Source: Methanobacteriota archaeon (GTDB lineage: Archaea > Thermoplasmatota > Poseidoniia > Poseidoniales > Thalassarchaeaceae). From it: a stretch of 64,000 nucleotides of DNA. Each line of letters starts with the position of its first letter. Within the stretch, counting starts at the first letter, position 1. The DNA is taken from NCBI GenBank assembly GCA_002698225.1, contig NZWD01000004.1, positions 20,090 through 84,089 of the forward strand, in the 5' to 3' direction. Positions 50,841 through 59,210 of the stretch are shown here, in pieces. A program made the translations under genes and the position numbers. Below the pieces are notes generated by a model. It was not told where the DNA came from, did not search any database, and saw only the letters and a list, made by a program, of their open reading frames with translations.

Positions 50841-53111
50841 TTAGGAATTCTTCTTTCTACGACGGCCCCGGGAACGACCCTTAATCTTCGAGATTATCGT
50901 ACTGGCATCATTTTTTGTCAATTCCGAGATGTCCCTAGCACCGACTATTGTCAACAACTCAGAGATTTGCTTGTCATTTTGCTCGGCGAGTTTCCCAATC
51001 AAGTCTACCTGCGACTCTGTCGCAGGGAGTTCTTTGGACTTCTCAATCAGGGTCCCTATGAGCTCGCTTGCTGTCCCCGAACCTCCACCAGTTAGGGCGG
51101 AAATGTCACTGACACCTGCCATCTCAAGTACACCATCCAATCCAATACCAATCTGGTCTGCTAATTTCAAGATGAGAGCACTCTGTTTCTCACTTGGAGG
51201 GTAGCCTACTGTATCACCAATCTCCTTTAGTCTGTCAATGATTACACGCGCCTCATCACCAGTAATTTCGTCTACCGTTTTGGAAGACATTACTTCATCA
51301 ATCAATTCAGGCTGAAGGTGAACCAAGCGAGATTCAATCAGTGCTCTCTGGCGTGGCGTGGCTGTCTTCTTTCTGATATCTAGGGCGTTATTGTGCATGT
51401 CTCTGAATTGGATGACGAATGAATCCCAAATCTCAGGGCCGTTCTGAGTTCCGTTCTCGACTAAATCCAAGTTTCCTTCCATCTTCGAAGTGAAATTGGG
51501 CGTGAAGAGACCATAATCTTCATCTTGATTATTGTAGAAAGGAACTACATCAAGCCATAACATTCGCCCGTCATTAGTAGGTTTCAGAGAACCCCCATCT
51601 GACTCTACATATCCTCTTCCCGTAAGTTTCAGAATGGTACTGACATAGGTAGATGGGCGGCCAATCTCGGCTTTCTTCATGGCTTGAACAATTGAACTCT
51701 CTGTGTACCGCCCAGGTGGCTTTGTATGATCTGTAACCATCTTCGGACTTTCGTCATTTTTCTCAATCGGCCAGTTTGCTTGTTCCTCCAATGCTCCCGC
51801 GGGAGGTGTTGTACGGACATTGGAGTTGAATTGATCGAATACGGTTTCCCAACCACTGTGTGTTCTCCATGAGGCGGTTCCTCTGAGAGATTTAACGCAG
51901 TCGGGAACCATTGCTTCTAACTCGCGCCTCTCTCTGATAGACTGAGACATTTGACTTGCAGCGAAACGAGCCCAAATGAGGGAGTATAATCTCTTCTCAT
52001 CAGCTGAGGCATTAATGGATAAGACATCTGGCTTACTTGGCCTGATGGCCTCGTGAGCATCTTGTACATTCGCCTTACTATTGACATCCTTTCCGACCAC
52101 GCCCTTACCTAGATGTTCTTCTCCATATTTGTCCCTAATGAATTGCCTGACAGCCTTACGTGCGTCTGGATTAGTCCTAGTAGAATCAGTCCTGATGTAG
52201 GTCACGAAACCAGACTGATACAGGGATGAAGCGATACGACTAGTCTTGGAAACAGACCACCCAAGTGTTGAGTTACCGGCTTGTAACATTGTATCGGTAG
52301 TGAAGGGCGGCTTTGGATTTCTTTTAGTAATCCCTTCTTTTACAGATGTAATTACCAGAGAATCTGAAGAAGTAATGGCGTCAAAAGTTGATGTTGCTAG
52401 GTCGCTGTCAGAGGTCCTATCGGCCCTATGTTTTCCAGAGTCGTCGAACCAGGCATCAGCTTCTCCCTTCTCATGAAATCTAACATTGAACTTAATCCCG
52501 TGACTACTTGCATGTACGCTATGATATTCTATGGGGACATGAGCCTCTCTTTCGATCTCTCTTTCGACTATGAAGCCCAAAGTGGGAGTTTGGACGCGAC
52601 CCATGGAGGTTAGTCTCCATGACTTACTGAATCTTGAGCATCTGTAACCAACCAGCCTATCCATGAACCGCCTAACTTTGGCAGCATCAACTAGGTTAGA
52701 ATTTATGCCGCTGGGGTTTGATATTGATTCCGATACAGCGGATTTGGTGATCTCGTTGAAAGTCACTCGATTTACTATGGGAAACTCGGAGAATAGTATG
52801 CTTAGTCTCCAAGCGATGAACTCTCCTTCTCTGTCAGGATCAGTTGCAATATAGACTTCCTCAACATCAGATTTTCGTGCCTTAGCTAGAATTTTATCGA
52901 TTACTCTCTGAGCACCATCAGTCCAGTCCCATGGGGGATCAGGTAACTCTCCTTTGTTAGCAGCCCACATAGCCTTTGAGCGCTGCTTCGAGCCGTTACC
53001 AGAGGGGAGATCCTGAACATGTCCATTACACGCTTCGACGATCCATCCCTTACCCAAGTAGCCCTTGACGGTTCGTGCCTTCGCACCCGATTCAAGAATC
53101 ATCAACTTCAT
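50841..53111 (-). CDS. topA: DNA topoisomerase IA with repeated C-terminal helical modules
   Basis: ILES (Toprim), ATDPDREGE, GRVQTPTL, TYIRTDS (catalytic Tyr), AHEAIRP, GRPSTY. Confidence 0.96.
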   Translation of the reverse strand: MKLMILESGAKARTVKGYLGKGWIVEACNGHVQDLPSGNGSKQRSKAMWAANKGELPDPPWDWTDGAQRVIDKILAKARKSDVEEVYIATDPDREGEFIAWRLSILFSEFPIVNRVTFNEITKSAVSESISNPSGINSNLVDAAKVRRFMDRLVGYRCSRFSKSWRLTSMGRVQTPTLGFIVEREIEREAHVPIEYHSVHASSHGIKFNVRFHEKGEADAWFDDSGKHRADRTSDSDLATSTFDAITSSDSLVITSVKEGITKRNPKPPFTTDTMLQAGNSTLGWSVSKTSRIASSLYQSGFVTYIRTDSTRTNPDARKAVRQFIRDKYGEEHLGKGVVGKDVNSKANVQDAHEAIRPSKPDVLSINASADEKRLYSLIWARFAASQMSQSIRERRELEAMVPDCVKSLRGTASWRTHSGWETVFDQFNSNVRTTPPAGALEEQANWPIEKNDESPKMVTDHTKPPGRYTESSIVQAMKKAEIGRPSTYVSTILKLTGRGYVESDGGSLKPTNDGRMLWLDVVPFYNNQDEDYGLFTPNFTSKMEGNLDLVENGTQNGPEIWDSFVIQFRDMHNNALDIRKKTATPRQRALIESRLVHLQPELIDEVMSSKTVDEITGDEARVIIDRLKEIGDTVGYPPSEKQSALILKLADQIGIGLDGVLEMAGVSDISALTGGGSGTASELIGTLIEKSKELPATESQVDLIGKLAEQNDKQISELLTIVGARDISELTKNDASTIISKIKGRSRGRRRKKNS

Positions 53112-53177
53112 GCCGCCATCCTCACCAGTATGTCATTTGCAGACTCAACTGGCTGAATGCAGCGCCGACTCCGACCC

Positions 53178-53185
53178 TGTATAAA
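53178..53185 (-). promoter_or_regulatory. Putative TATA box of topA (TTTATACA on minus strand)
   Basis: Only AT-rich box in a GC-rich intergenic region, about 70 nt upstream of topA ATG. Confidence 0.45.
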
Positions 53186-53215
53186 CATGAGTGGCGAGTG
53201 ATTGACGACAACGCC

Positions 53216-53237
53216 CGCACGAGCGCGCGCGTGCGCG
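53216..53237. repeat. Alternating purine-pyrimidine, self-complementary tract
   Basis: CGCACG-A-GCGCGCGCGTGCGCG; 15-bp perfect alternation 53223-53237; CGCACG/CGTGCG inverted repeat. Confidence 0.8.
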
Positions 53238-53245
53238 AAGCGGAA

Positions 53246-53656
53246 CTATGCTAACCTACCTCTTGAAGCCACTTCATCCCAAGCAATCTCTGCGGCAGGA
53301 CCGGCACATCCAACGCATCCAGGATAGCCAGCCTCAGCAAGCTCCAGCATTGTTCTGAGATACCTATCCCACATGTTCGAGATATCTCCCGGAATCCAGA
53401 CTTCATCCATCGAAGAGGGTTCTGAGCCACTGAAGATTCCTCCAGGTGAGTCAGTTAGACAAACAGAAATATCATCCTCACAATATTCAAACAATTTGAA
53501 TTCAATCATCAGCGCTGCCGACGCATCACTAAGTGAAGTTGAGATATCATCGATATCAATGCCGTGGTCGATACTCGCCTTGTAGATTACATGGGTGCTA
53601 CGCAAGGTCCTTCGAGCCAGTTCGCTAATCGCTGCAGCCTCAAATGTGGTACGCAC
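53246..53656 (-). CDS. Hypothetical protein with CxxC
   Basis: ORF fills gap between topA and pyrD; GYPGCVGCAGP. Confidence 0.6.
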   Translation of the reverse strand: MRTTFEAAAISELARRTLRSTHVIYKASIDHGIDIDDISTSLSDASAALMIEFKLFEYCEDDISVCLTDSPGGIFSGSEPSSMDEVWIPGDISNMWDRYLRTMLELAEAGYPGCVGCAGPAAEIAWDEVASRGRLA

Positions 53657-53709
53657 AGACCTGCGATGCTACGCAACGCTTGAAGTGTACCTCTCTGCGC
53701 ATTCGCTCG

Positions 53710-54813
53710 ATGGGCCTACCCTACAGCGTCTTCGTTAGGCCCATGCTGAGTTTCGTCGATTCAGAGACAGCACACTCGATTTCAATGAGAGCATTGAGTG
53801 GCTTCGGACAGAGTAGAGTAGGTCAGAGGATTCTCAGTACAGTATACAATTCACCAGAGTTGCCGATACATGTATTTGGACGCCTCTTTCACCATCCCTT
53901 GGGTCTAGCAGCAGGGTTTGACAAAGGGGCCGAGGCATTATCAGCATGGCCATCCCTGGGGTTCTCTTGGATAGAATACGGTGGAGTAACTAGATTCCCT
54001 CAGGAAGGTAATCCTAAGCCAAGAATGTTCAGATCAAACAAACACGGAGCCCTCGTGAATAGGATGGGATTCAACAACCCAGGTGCAACGGAAGTTCGAG
54101 ACAGGCTGATTGAGAGAAGAGCATCCGGGAAGTGGCCAAAGACACCAGTAGCTGCTAATATTGGGCGGTCGAAGAAGACTCCAAATGAGAGTGCAGCGAG
54201 TGACTACTCACAGACTCTTGAGATGTTATGGAATCATGCAGACATGTTCGTGCTGAATATCTCTTCTCCGAATACTCCTGGTTTGAGAGATTTAGCAGAT
54301 GCTGATTACCTCTCTTCAATAGTCACTGAGTGCAGACTTATGGCTGAGAGGAAGGGAGGGGGGAAGCCATTACTGGTCAAAGTCTCTCCAGATGCAAGCA
54401 ATGAGGAAATTCTATCCTCAGCACATTCTGCACTCAGATCGGGAGCTGATGGATTAGTAGCGATTAACACATCAATGCATAGACCCGTACCTAGGAATGC
54501 TGCTTCGAGAGGAGTATTCGCCGAGGCCGGTGGAATCTCGGGAAGACCTCTCCAAAATAGATCAAAGGAAGTGATATCGTTGTTGTACTCAGAAGTCGGA
54601 GATTCCATTCCCATAGTTGGAGTGGGAGGGATTGAGTCGCCCGATACTGCTTGGGAAGCAATCACATCCGGTGCTTCTCTAATCCAACTGTATTCGGCTC
54701 TAGTTTTCAGAGGACCTTCAGTTGTCAGCACCATTGTAAGGGGCCTCAAGAAGAAGGTCAAGCAGCACGGCTTCGTAGGTTTAGAAGAGGCAGTTGGATA
54801 TGAGATGCCGTGA
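53710..54813 (+). CDS. pyrD: Quinone-dependent dihydroorotate dehydrogenase (class 2)
   Basis: LAAGFDK, GNPKPRMFR, NRMGFNN, NISSPNTPGLR. Confidence 0.95.
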   Translation: MGLPYSVFVRPMLSFVDSETAHSISMRALSGFGQSRVGQRILSTVYNSPELPIHVFGRLFHHPLGLAAGFDKGAEALSAWPSLGFSWIEYGGVTRFPQEGNPKPRMFRSNKHGALVNRMGFNNPGATEVRDRLIERRASGKWPKTPVAANIGRSKKTPNESAASDYSQTLEMLWNHADMFVLNISSPNTPGLRDLADADYLSSIVTECRLMAERKGGGKPLLVKVSPDASNEEILSSAHSALRSGADGLVAINTSMHRPVPRNAASRGVFAEAGGISGRPLQNRSKEVISLLYSEVGDSIPIVGVGGIESPDTAWEAITSGASLIQLYSALVFRGPSVVSTIVRGLKKKVKQHGFVGLEEAVGYEMP

Positions 54814-54858
54814 CATGAGTATGGAAACTCTATTCAATACCAATCACTAGTTCGCATC

Positions 54859-55236
54859 ATGGCAGGGACAAGGGCGTCTAGACTAGGGTTGGTGGCCGTC
54901 TGCATGGCCATTCTGGTTACTCTAATGTTTGTCAGTGTAGATCCAGAAACTCAGTATTATATTGATGAGGTAATGGATTCGCCCGAAGGTCATGAGGGGG
55001 AAGTCCATTTGAGAGGGCAGGTCGAGCCTGGCTCAATAAATTCCTCCTCCACTTCATTCATACTCATCGGACTAGAACACGCTCTCAGAATCGATTTCTC
55101 TAGGGCGGCAATACCTGACGGCTTTGATGAGGGAAACACAATAGCCGTAAAGGGACAACTAGTCAATGAAGAGGGAAGCTGGATACTTATGGCCTATGAA
55201 ATTCAAACTGGTTGCCCATCTAAGTACTCAGAGTAG
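54859..55236 (+). CDS. ccmE: CcmE-like heme chaperone, CxxxY variant
   Basis: N-terminal TM, OB-fold LRGQV..GSI, PDGFDEG, C-terminal CPSKY. Confidence 0.8.
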   Translation: MAGTRASRLGLVAVCMAILVTLMFVSVDPETQYYIDEVMDSPEGHEGEVHLRGQVEPGSINSSSTSFILIGLEHALRIDFSRAAIPDGFDEGNTIAVKGQLVNEEGSWILMAYEIQTGCPSKYSE

Positions 55237-55296
55237 CAGATATCTTCTGTTTACTATGAGGGATTCGTTGATATGGGGTGATTGAGCGGTCAATAC

Positions 55297-55600
55297 GGGC
55301 TAGGGGGGGTGTTGACGTGCTCTGTTTTCCTCAAATCGTCGATAAAGGGGGCCTGAAGTCCGAGGGCGGCGCAGACGAGCCATTGGTGTCTCACCGGTTA
55401 ACGTCGATGCCTCGCCCCCAAGAGATCCAGGTTGGCTGGAATCGTTTCCGGAGGGGAACAAGGACAGCCTCATGCCCGGGAACCAGGTCAGGCGCGGAAG
55501 CGAGCAACCCGACCGGGGACACTGGATGCCTTGGGATAGCGGGGCGGAGGAGATCGGTGACTTACATCTTTGGTGACGAGCGTCCACCGAGGACGCGCCC
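55297..55600 (+). ncRNA. ffs: Archaeal SRP (7S) RNA
   Basis: GC-rich ~304 nt; 5' GGGC pairs with 3' GCCC; helix 6 with GGAG loop (TTTCC-GGAG-GGGAA); helix 8 CAGGCGC-GGAA-GCGAGCA SRP54 site. Confidence 0.92.
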
Positions 55601-55601
55601 A

Positions 55602-56075
55602 CTACAATGAAGATGGGTCGAGACCACCCATACCACATACAGTCTCGAAATGCTGTTCTGAAACAGGCTGTACAGACAATCTCTGACCCCTCTGGAGCAG
55701 CGGCATTCCATTGAGTTCCGGATTTTCTCTCATGTCTCCTAGGGGGACTGTATCAGGTAATTGTTCAACTGCTTCTATGTCCACCATCATCCATCTTGGA
55801 TTGTCGGGAGATGACTTTGGGTCGAAGTAGTTTGAATCAGTGTCGAGTGCGGTGAAATCTGGATATGCTTCACGACACACTCTGGCTACTCCAGCTACAT
55901 GTGGTGGTTTGCAGTTTGAGTGGTAGAATAGAACAAAATCCCCTACTTTCATATCATCTCTCATGATATTCCTAGCCTGATAGTTCCTTACTCCATCCCA
56001 ATGCGTTTCTCCGTCACTTACGAGTTGTTCCCACGGATACACATGCGGTTCACTCTTCATCAGCCAGAATGCCAT
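55602..56075 (-). CDS. EVE domain protein
   Basis: WLMKSEP, WDGVRNYQARN, FYHSN, YFDPKS, RLSVQPV. Confidence 0.94.
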   Translation of the reverse strand: MAFWLMKSEPHVYPWEQLVSDGETHWDGVRNYQARNIMRDDMKVGDFVLFYHSNCKPPHVAGVARVCREAYPDFTALDTDSNYFDPKSSPDNPRWMMVDIEAVEQLPDTVPLGDMRENPELNGMPLLQRGQRLSVQPVSEQHFETVCGMGGLDPSSL

Positions 56076-56110
56076 TGGTCATTCGATGCACAGATGGTGC
56101 ATAATATATC

Positions 56111-59071
56111 TCACCACGCATCATCGGAGGTTCCAATTAGGAGAGTAGCGTCAATTGAGTCTACTTCGTCCTTAGCCACAGCCCGCCTGAGCCCAGCAGT
56201 TCTGACCATCGTCTCGACACCACCAGTGAGACTCACATTGGCCTTAATAAGCAGCGAGAATACTGCAGGGAGAAGCAGCAAGGCGGAGAGAGCGGCGACA
56301 ATTAGGAGCAAGATTACCACGGTGACGAATGGCTTAATCGCTTGAATCGGAATCAAATACGCCGAGAATAGTCCGAATGCAGTGACAGTCACCGCTTCGA
56401 ACAAACTCATACCGGTACTGGCACAAGCAACTCTAACGGCTTCAATCGTACCTCCTTGTTCCTTCACTCGATTTGCAATGTGGATGGAGAAATCTATGCC
56501 GACTCCGACGAGAATCGACCCTACCATCACGGTGACTAGTGAGAGCGGGACTCCTAGCGTATCCATCGCCAGCCATTGCATAGCCACGGTGAAACCGACT
56601 GGTACCGTAGTCAATAATGCGAAACGAAGGTCTCTGAACACCAGACTCAATGCTAGGATGGTAGCTAGGAGAGCAAATCCAAGAGAGGTCCATTGTGAAT
56701 CAACAATCAGGCTGTTGACAGCAATGGTCACCGAAGCCACACCGACTAGGTCCGAGGCCTTGACCCCCTCAGTTACATCGACCCAGTGATTTACTTCATT
56801 GGTGGCTTTCTCGGTGTTCTTCACATCCATGAACGGCATATCGATGTAGATCAGGCTACGATCATAGTCTGAGGAGATGAACAACTCTCTCATTTCTGTA
56901 GTCATGCTGTTGTAGAAGATGTAAATCAGGAAATTATGAGCCTGATCATCACCGGATGGAGCACCATCCAAAGCCGCGAGTGTCTCCCAGAATGATCCGT
57001 TGCCCGCAACTTCACGGCCGAAGATGAAAGCAACAACATCCTGTATTTGAGGAGGTAAAGGCCATTCTTCGAGAATGTCGACAATCGGTTGCCCGGAGAC
57101 ATTCACACCTACGGCTATAGCCTTCATCAGGAAAACTATTGATACGGCAGTAGTTTGATTCACACGGTTACAATTCTGCTCCAGCGCTTCAATCCCTTTC
57201 AGACTGTCATAGGGGTCATTTACGGTCAAGTCGAGCAGAGAAGGGTCAGCTGAGAGTTTGGCATCATCTATGAGCAGGAAGCCGGGTTGCCCGGCTTCGA
57301 ATTCATTGGAATAATCATTCATCTTATCAACCGCCATCACAGGTTTACCATCAGCTCCTTCTGAGGGGGCCATTTCCAAAAGATCGATATTTTCCTCGAC
57401 ATTATCTCTCGAGAAACCTGCTGATATCACCATAGCCACGATGAAAAACGCCAATGCTGCCTTGGTCCATTTGATTGGAACACCCACAGCGCCAACGAAT
57501 AACTTCGGGGGCGGATGCGAGGGCTTCTTGAGATCTAGAATCATGGTCAGATTAGGTACCATTACCATGGTCATGATGTACACGACCACGATACCACCCG
57601 CCAAGGCATATCCAACGGTCTTAATCGGTGCCATGGGAGTGAAAGTTAACGAGTAGAATCCAATTATCGTAGTTATTGCTGAGAGCATTACAGCCTTTCC
57701 AGTAGAGCTAAGTGCAATTTCCATCTTCTCTCTGGGAGTTCCACTCGCTTCGGCGTATCGATTAGTGATATGCAATCCATATGAGACTCCTAAGGCTAGT
57801 ACAATAGGTCCAACAATAATGACAGTCATGGTGACTTCATAGTTGGTGAATCCGATGATGCCCAATGTTATCCATACAGAACACAGAGTAGGCAGACCGG
57901 AGATGATCACCACCTTGAGGCCCTGCACCCAGCGTATCCTGCCTGTCTGCAATAGGTCGCAGTGGAATAGGAAGAGCCCGAGTGCTACGAAGAACCCCCC
58001 AATCGGGAAAACCTTCCAGAACAGTTTGAACGATTCCTCAGTCACTGCATTGGTAATTGGAACAGGACCAGTGAGAGTCATTTCCAGGTTTTTATCCTCC
58101 CACCCGTTTTGTAAGGCTAGGGCGTCTATCGATCTCTGAGTGTCCGAGATTAATTCTGATACTTCGACATCGTCAATTCCATCGCCGTCTTTGTCTGATT
58201 CGATTCCGATGATGATTACCGCTCTGTTCCATCCATGTCCTGAAGTTTCTACATCCGTAATTCCATCATCATCTGAATCGATTCCCACATCACGAACTAA
58301 CTTGTTGAGAGCGTTCTGAGGCATCTCATCCAGTATCTGATTGACACGTTGCTGATCAGGAATGCTATAACTCCCGATGATATCCTCCTGTTGGTCAATC
58401 GTATCGTTGAATTCATCAGTTAGGTCTCCATTGCCGGTAGCTTCAGCGATGGCGGCAAAAGTCGCCTTGGCCACCCTCCCAGCACTCGAATTGACTTCTT
58501 TGATTACTGTTGAAATAGAAAGGAGATAGATGATATTGTCTTCAGTTCCTCGATCGTCCCTAACATAATTCAATTCCCGTTCGATAGCATCGATCTCTTC
58601 CAGAATTTCGACTGAGGTGACATTCAAGCTTTCGGATTCGACATAGATCACCATCACATTTGTAGTCCAGTCCTCTTCGACACTAGCGAGTAGCTGTGTG
58701 ACATCATTACCTTCTGGCAGATATACCTCAAGGTCCCCATTGACATTCAGTGCACTCTCTTCACTGCAGTAATCTGGGTTATCGAAACCATCCCTACAGT
58801 CTAGAATACCTGAATGAAGGGTAAAGAATCCGGTAACAAGTAGGCAGAGAGCTACAGTAATTGCCGGCGCTCGGGTTAGCAAACTGGTACCAGAAGCGTT
58901 TGATAGATCCCTTCTTATGGCGTTAGTAATCCGCTTCAGATAGCCGGTCACCGACTCAACATCCATGTTCTCTATGGCGACTTTTCCACTATCGATCCTA
59001 GAGTCAAGATCCTCACGAAATCTGCCAATCTTACTTCCGCCAGAACCTTCTCTGGTATCGTCTCCTTCCAT
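56111..59071 (-). CDS. MMPL/RND-family transporter
   Basis: Two repeats of 1+5 TM architecture, GVGIDFSIH; start uncertain (ORF extends to 59116). Confidence 0.88.
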   Translation of the reverse strand: MEGDDTREGSGGSKIGRFREDLDSRIDSGKVAIENMDVESVTGYLKRITNAIRRDLSNASGTSLLTRAPAITVALCLLVTGFFTLHSGILDCRDGFDNPDYCSEESALNVNGDLEVYLPEGNDVTQLLASVEEDWTTNVMVIYVESESLNVTSVEILEEIDAIERELNYVRDDRGTEDNIIYLLSISTVIKEVNSSAGRVAKATFAAIAEATGNGDLTDEFNDTIDQQEDIIGSYSIPDQQRVNQILDEMPQNALNKLVRDVGIDSDDDGITDVETSGHGWNRAVIIIGIESDKDGDGIDDVEVSELISDTQRSIDALALQNGWEDKNLEMTLTGPVPITNAVTEESFKLFWKVFPIGGFFVALGLFLFHCDLLQTGRIRWVQGLKVVIISGLPTLCSVWITLGIIGFTNYEVTMTVIIVGPIVLALGVSYGLHITNRYAEASGTPREKMEIALSSTGKAVMLSAITTIIGFYSLTFTPMAPIKTVGYALAGGIVVVYIMTMVMVPNLTMILDLKKPSHPPPKLFVGAVGVPIKWTKAALAFFIVAMVISAGFSRDNVEENIDLLEMAPSEGADGKPVMAVDKMNDYSNEFEAGQPGFLLIDDAKLSADPSLLDLTVNDPYDSLKGIEALEQNCNRVNQTTAVSIVFLMKAIAVGVNVSGQPIVDILEEWPLPPQIQDVVAFIFGREVAGNGSFWETLAALDGAPSGDDQAHNFLIYIFYNSMTTEMRELFISSDYDRSLIYIDMPFMDVKNTEKATNEVNHWVDVTEGVKASDLVGVASVTIAVNSLIVDSQWTSLGFALLATILALSLVFRDLRFALLTTVPVGFTVAMQWLAMDTLGVPLSLVTVMVGSILVGVGIDFSIHIANRVKEQGGTIEAVRVACASTGMSLFEAVTVTAFGLFSAYLIPIQAIKPFVTVVILLLIVAALSALLLLPAVFSLLIKANVSLTGGVETMVRTAGLRRAVAKDEVDSIDATLLIGTSDDAW

Positions 59072-59210
59072 GTCTCGTTGCCATGTGCCCGCGGAGGGAA
59101 CTTCAACCCCACGCAACTAGGATTTCACAGGATAGCGATTCCGACCCACAATAAATTGCGGGAACGGTCAAGAATGGGCTATCTCACGGAAGAGCGCGGG
59201 AAGTGATTCG

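Noticed and set aside
55278-55638. ORFs 55278-55610 (+) and 55300-55638 (-)
   Set aside because: GC-rich shadow ORFs over the SRP RNA
55602-56075. EVE protein as part of a modification-dependent restriction system
   Set aside because: Stand-alone EVE of the common type with no neighbouring nuclease
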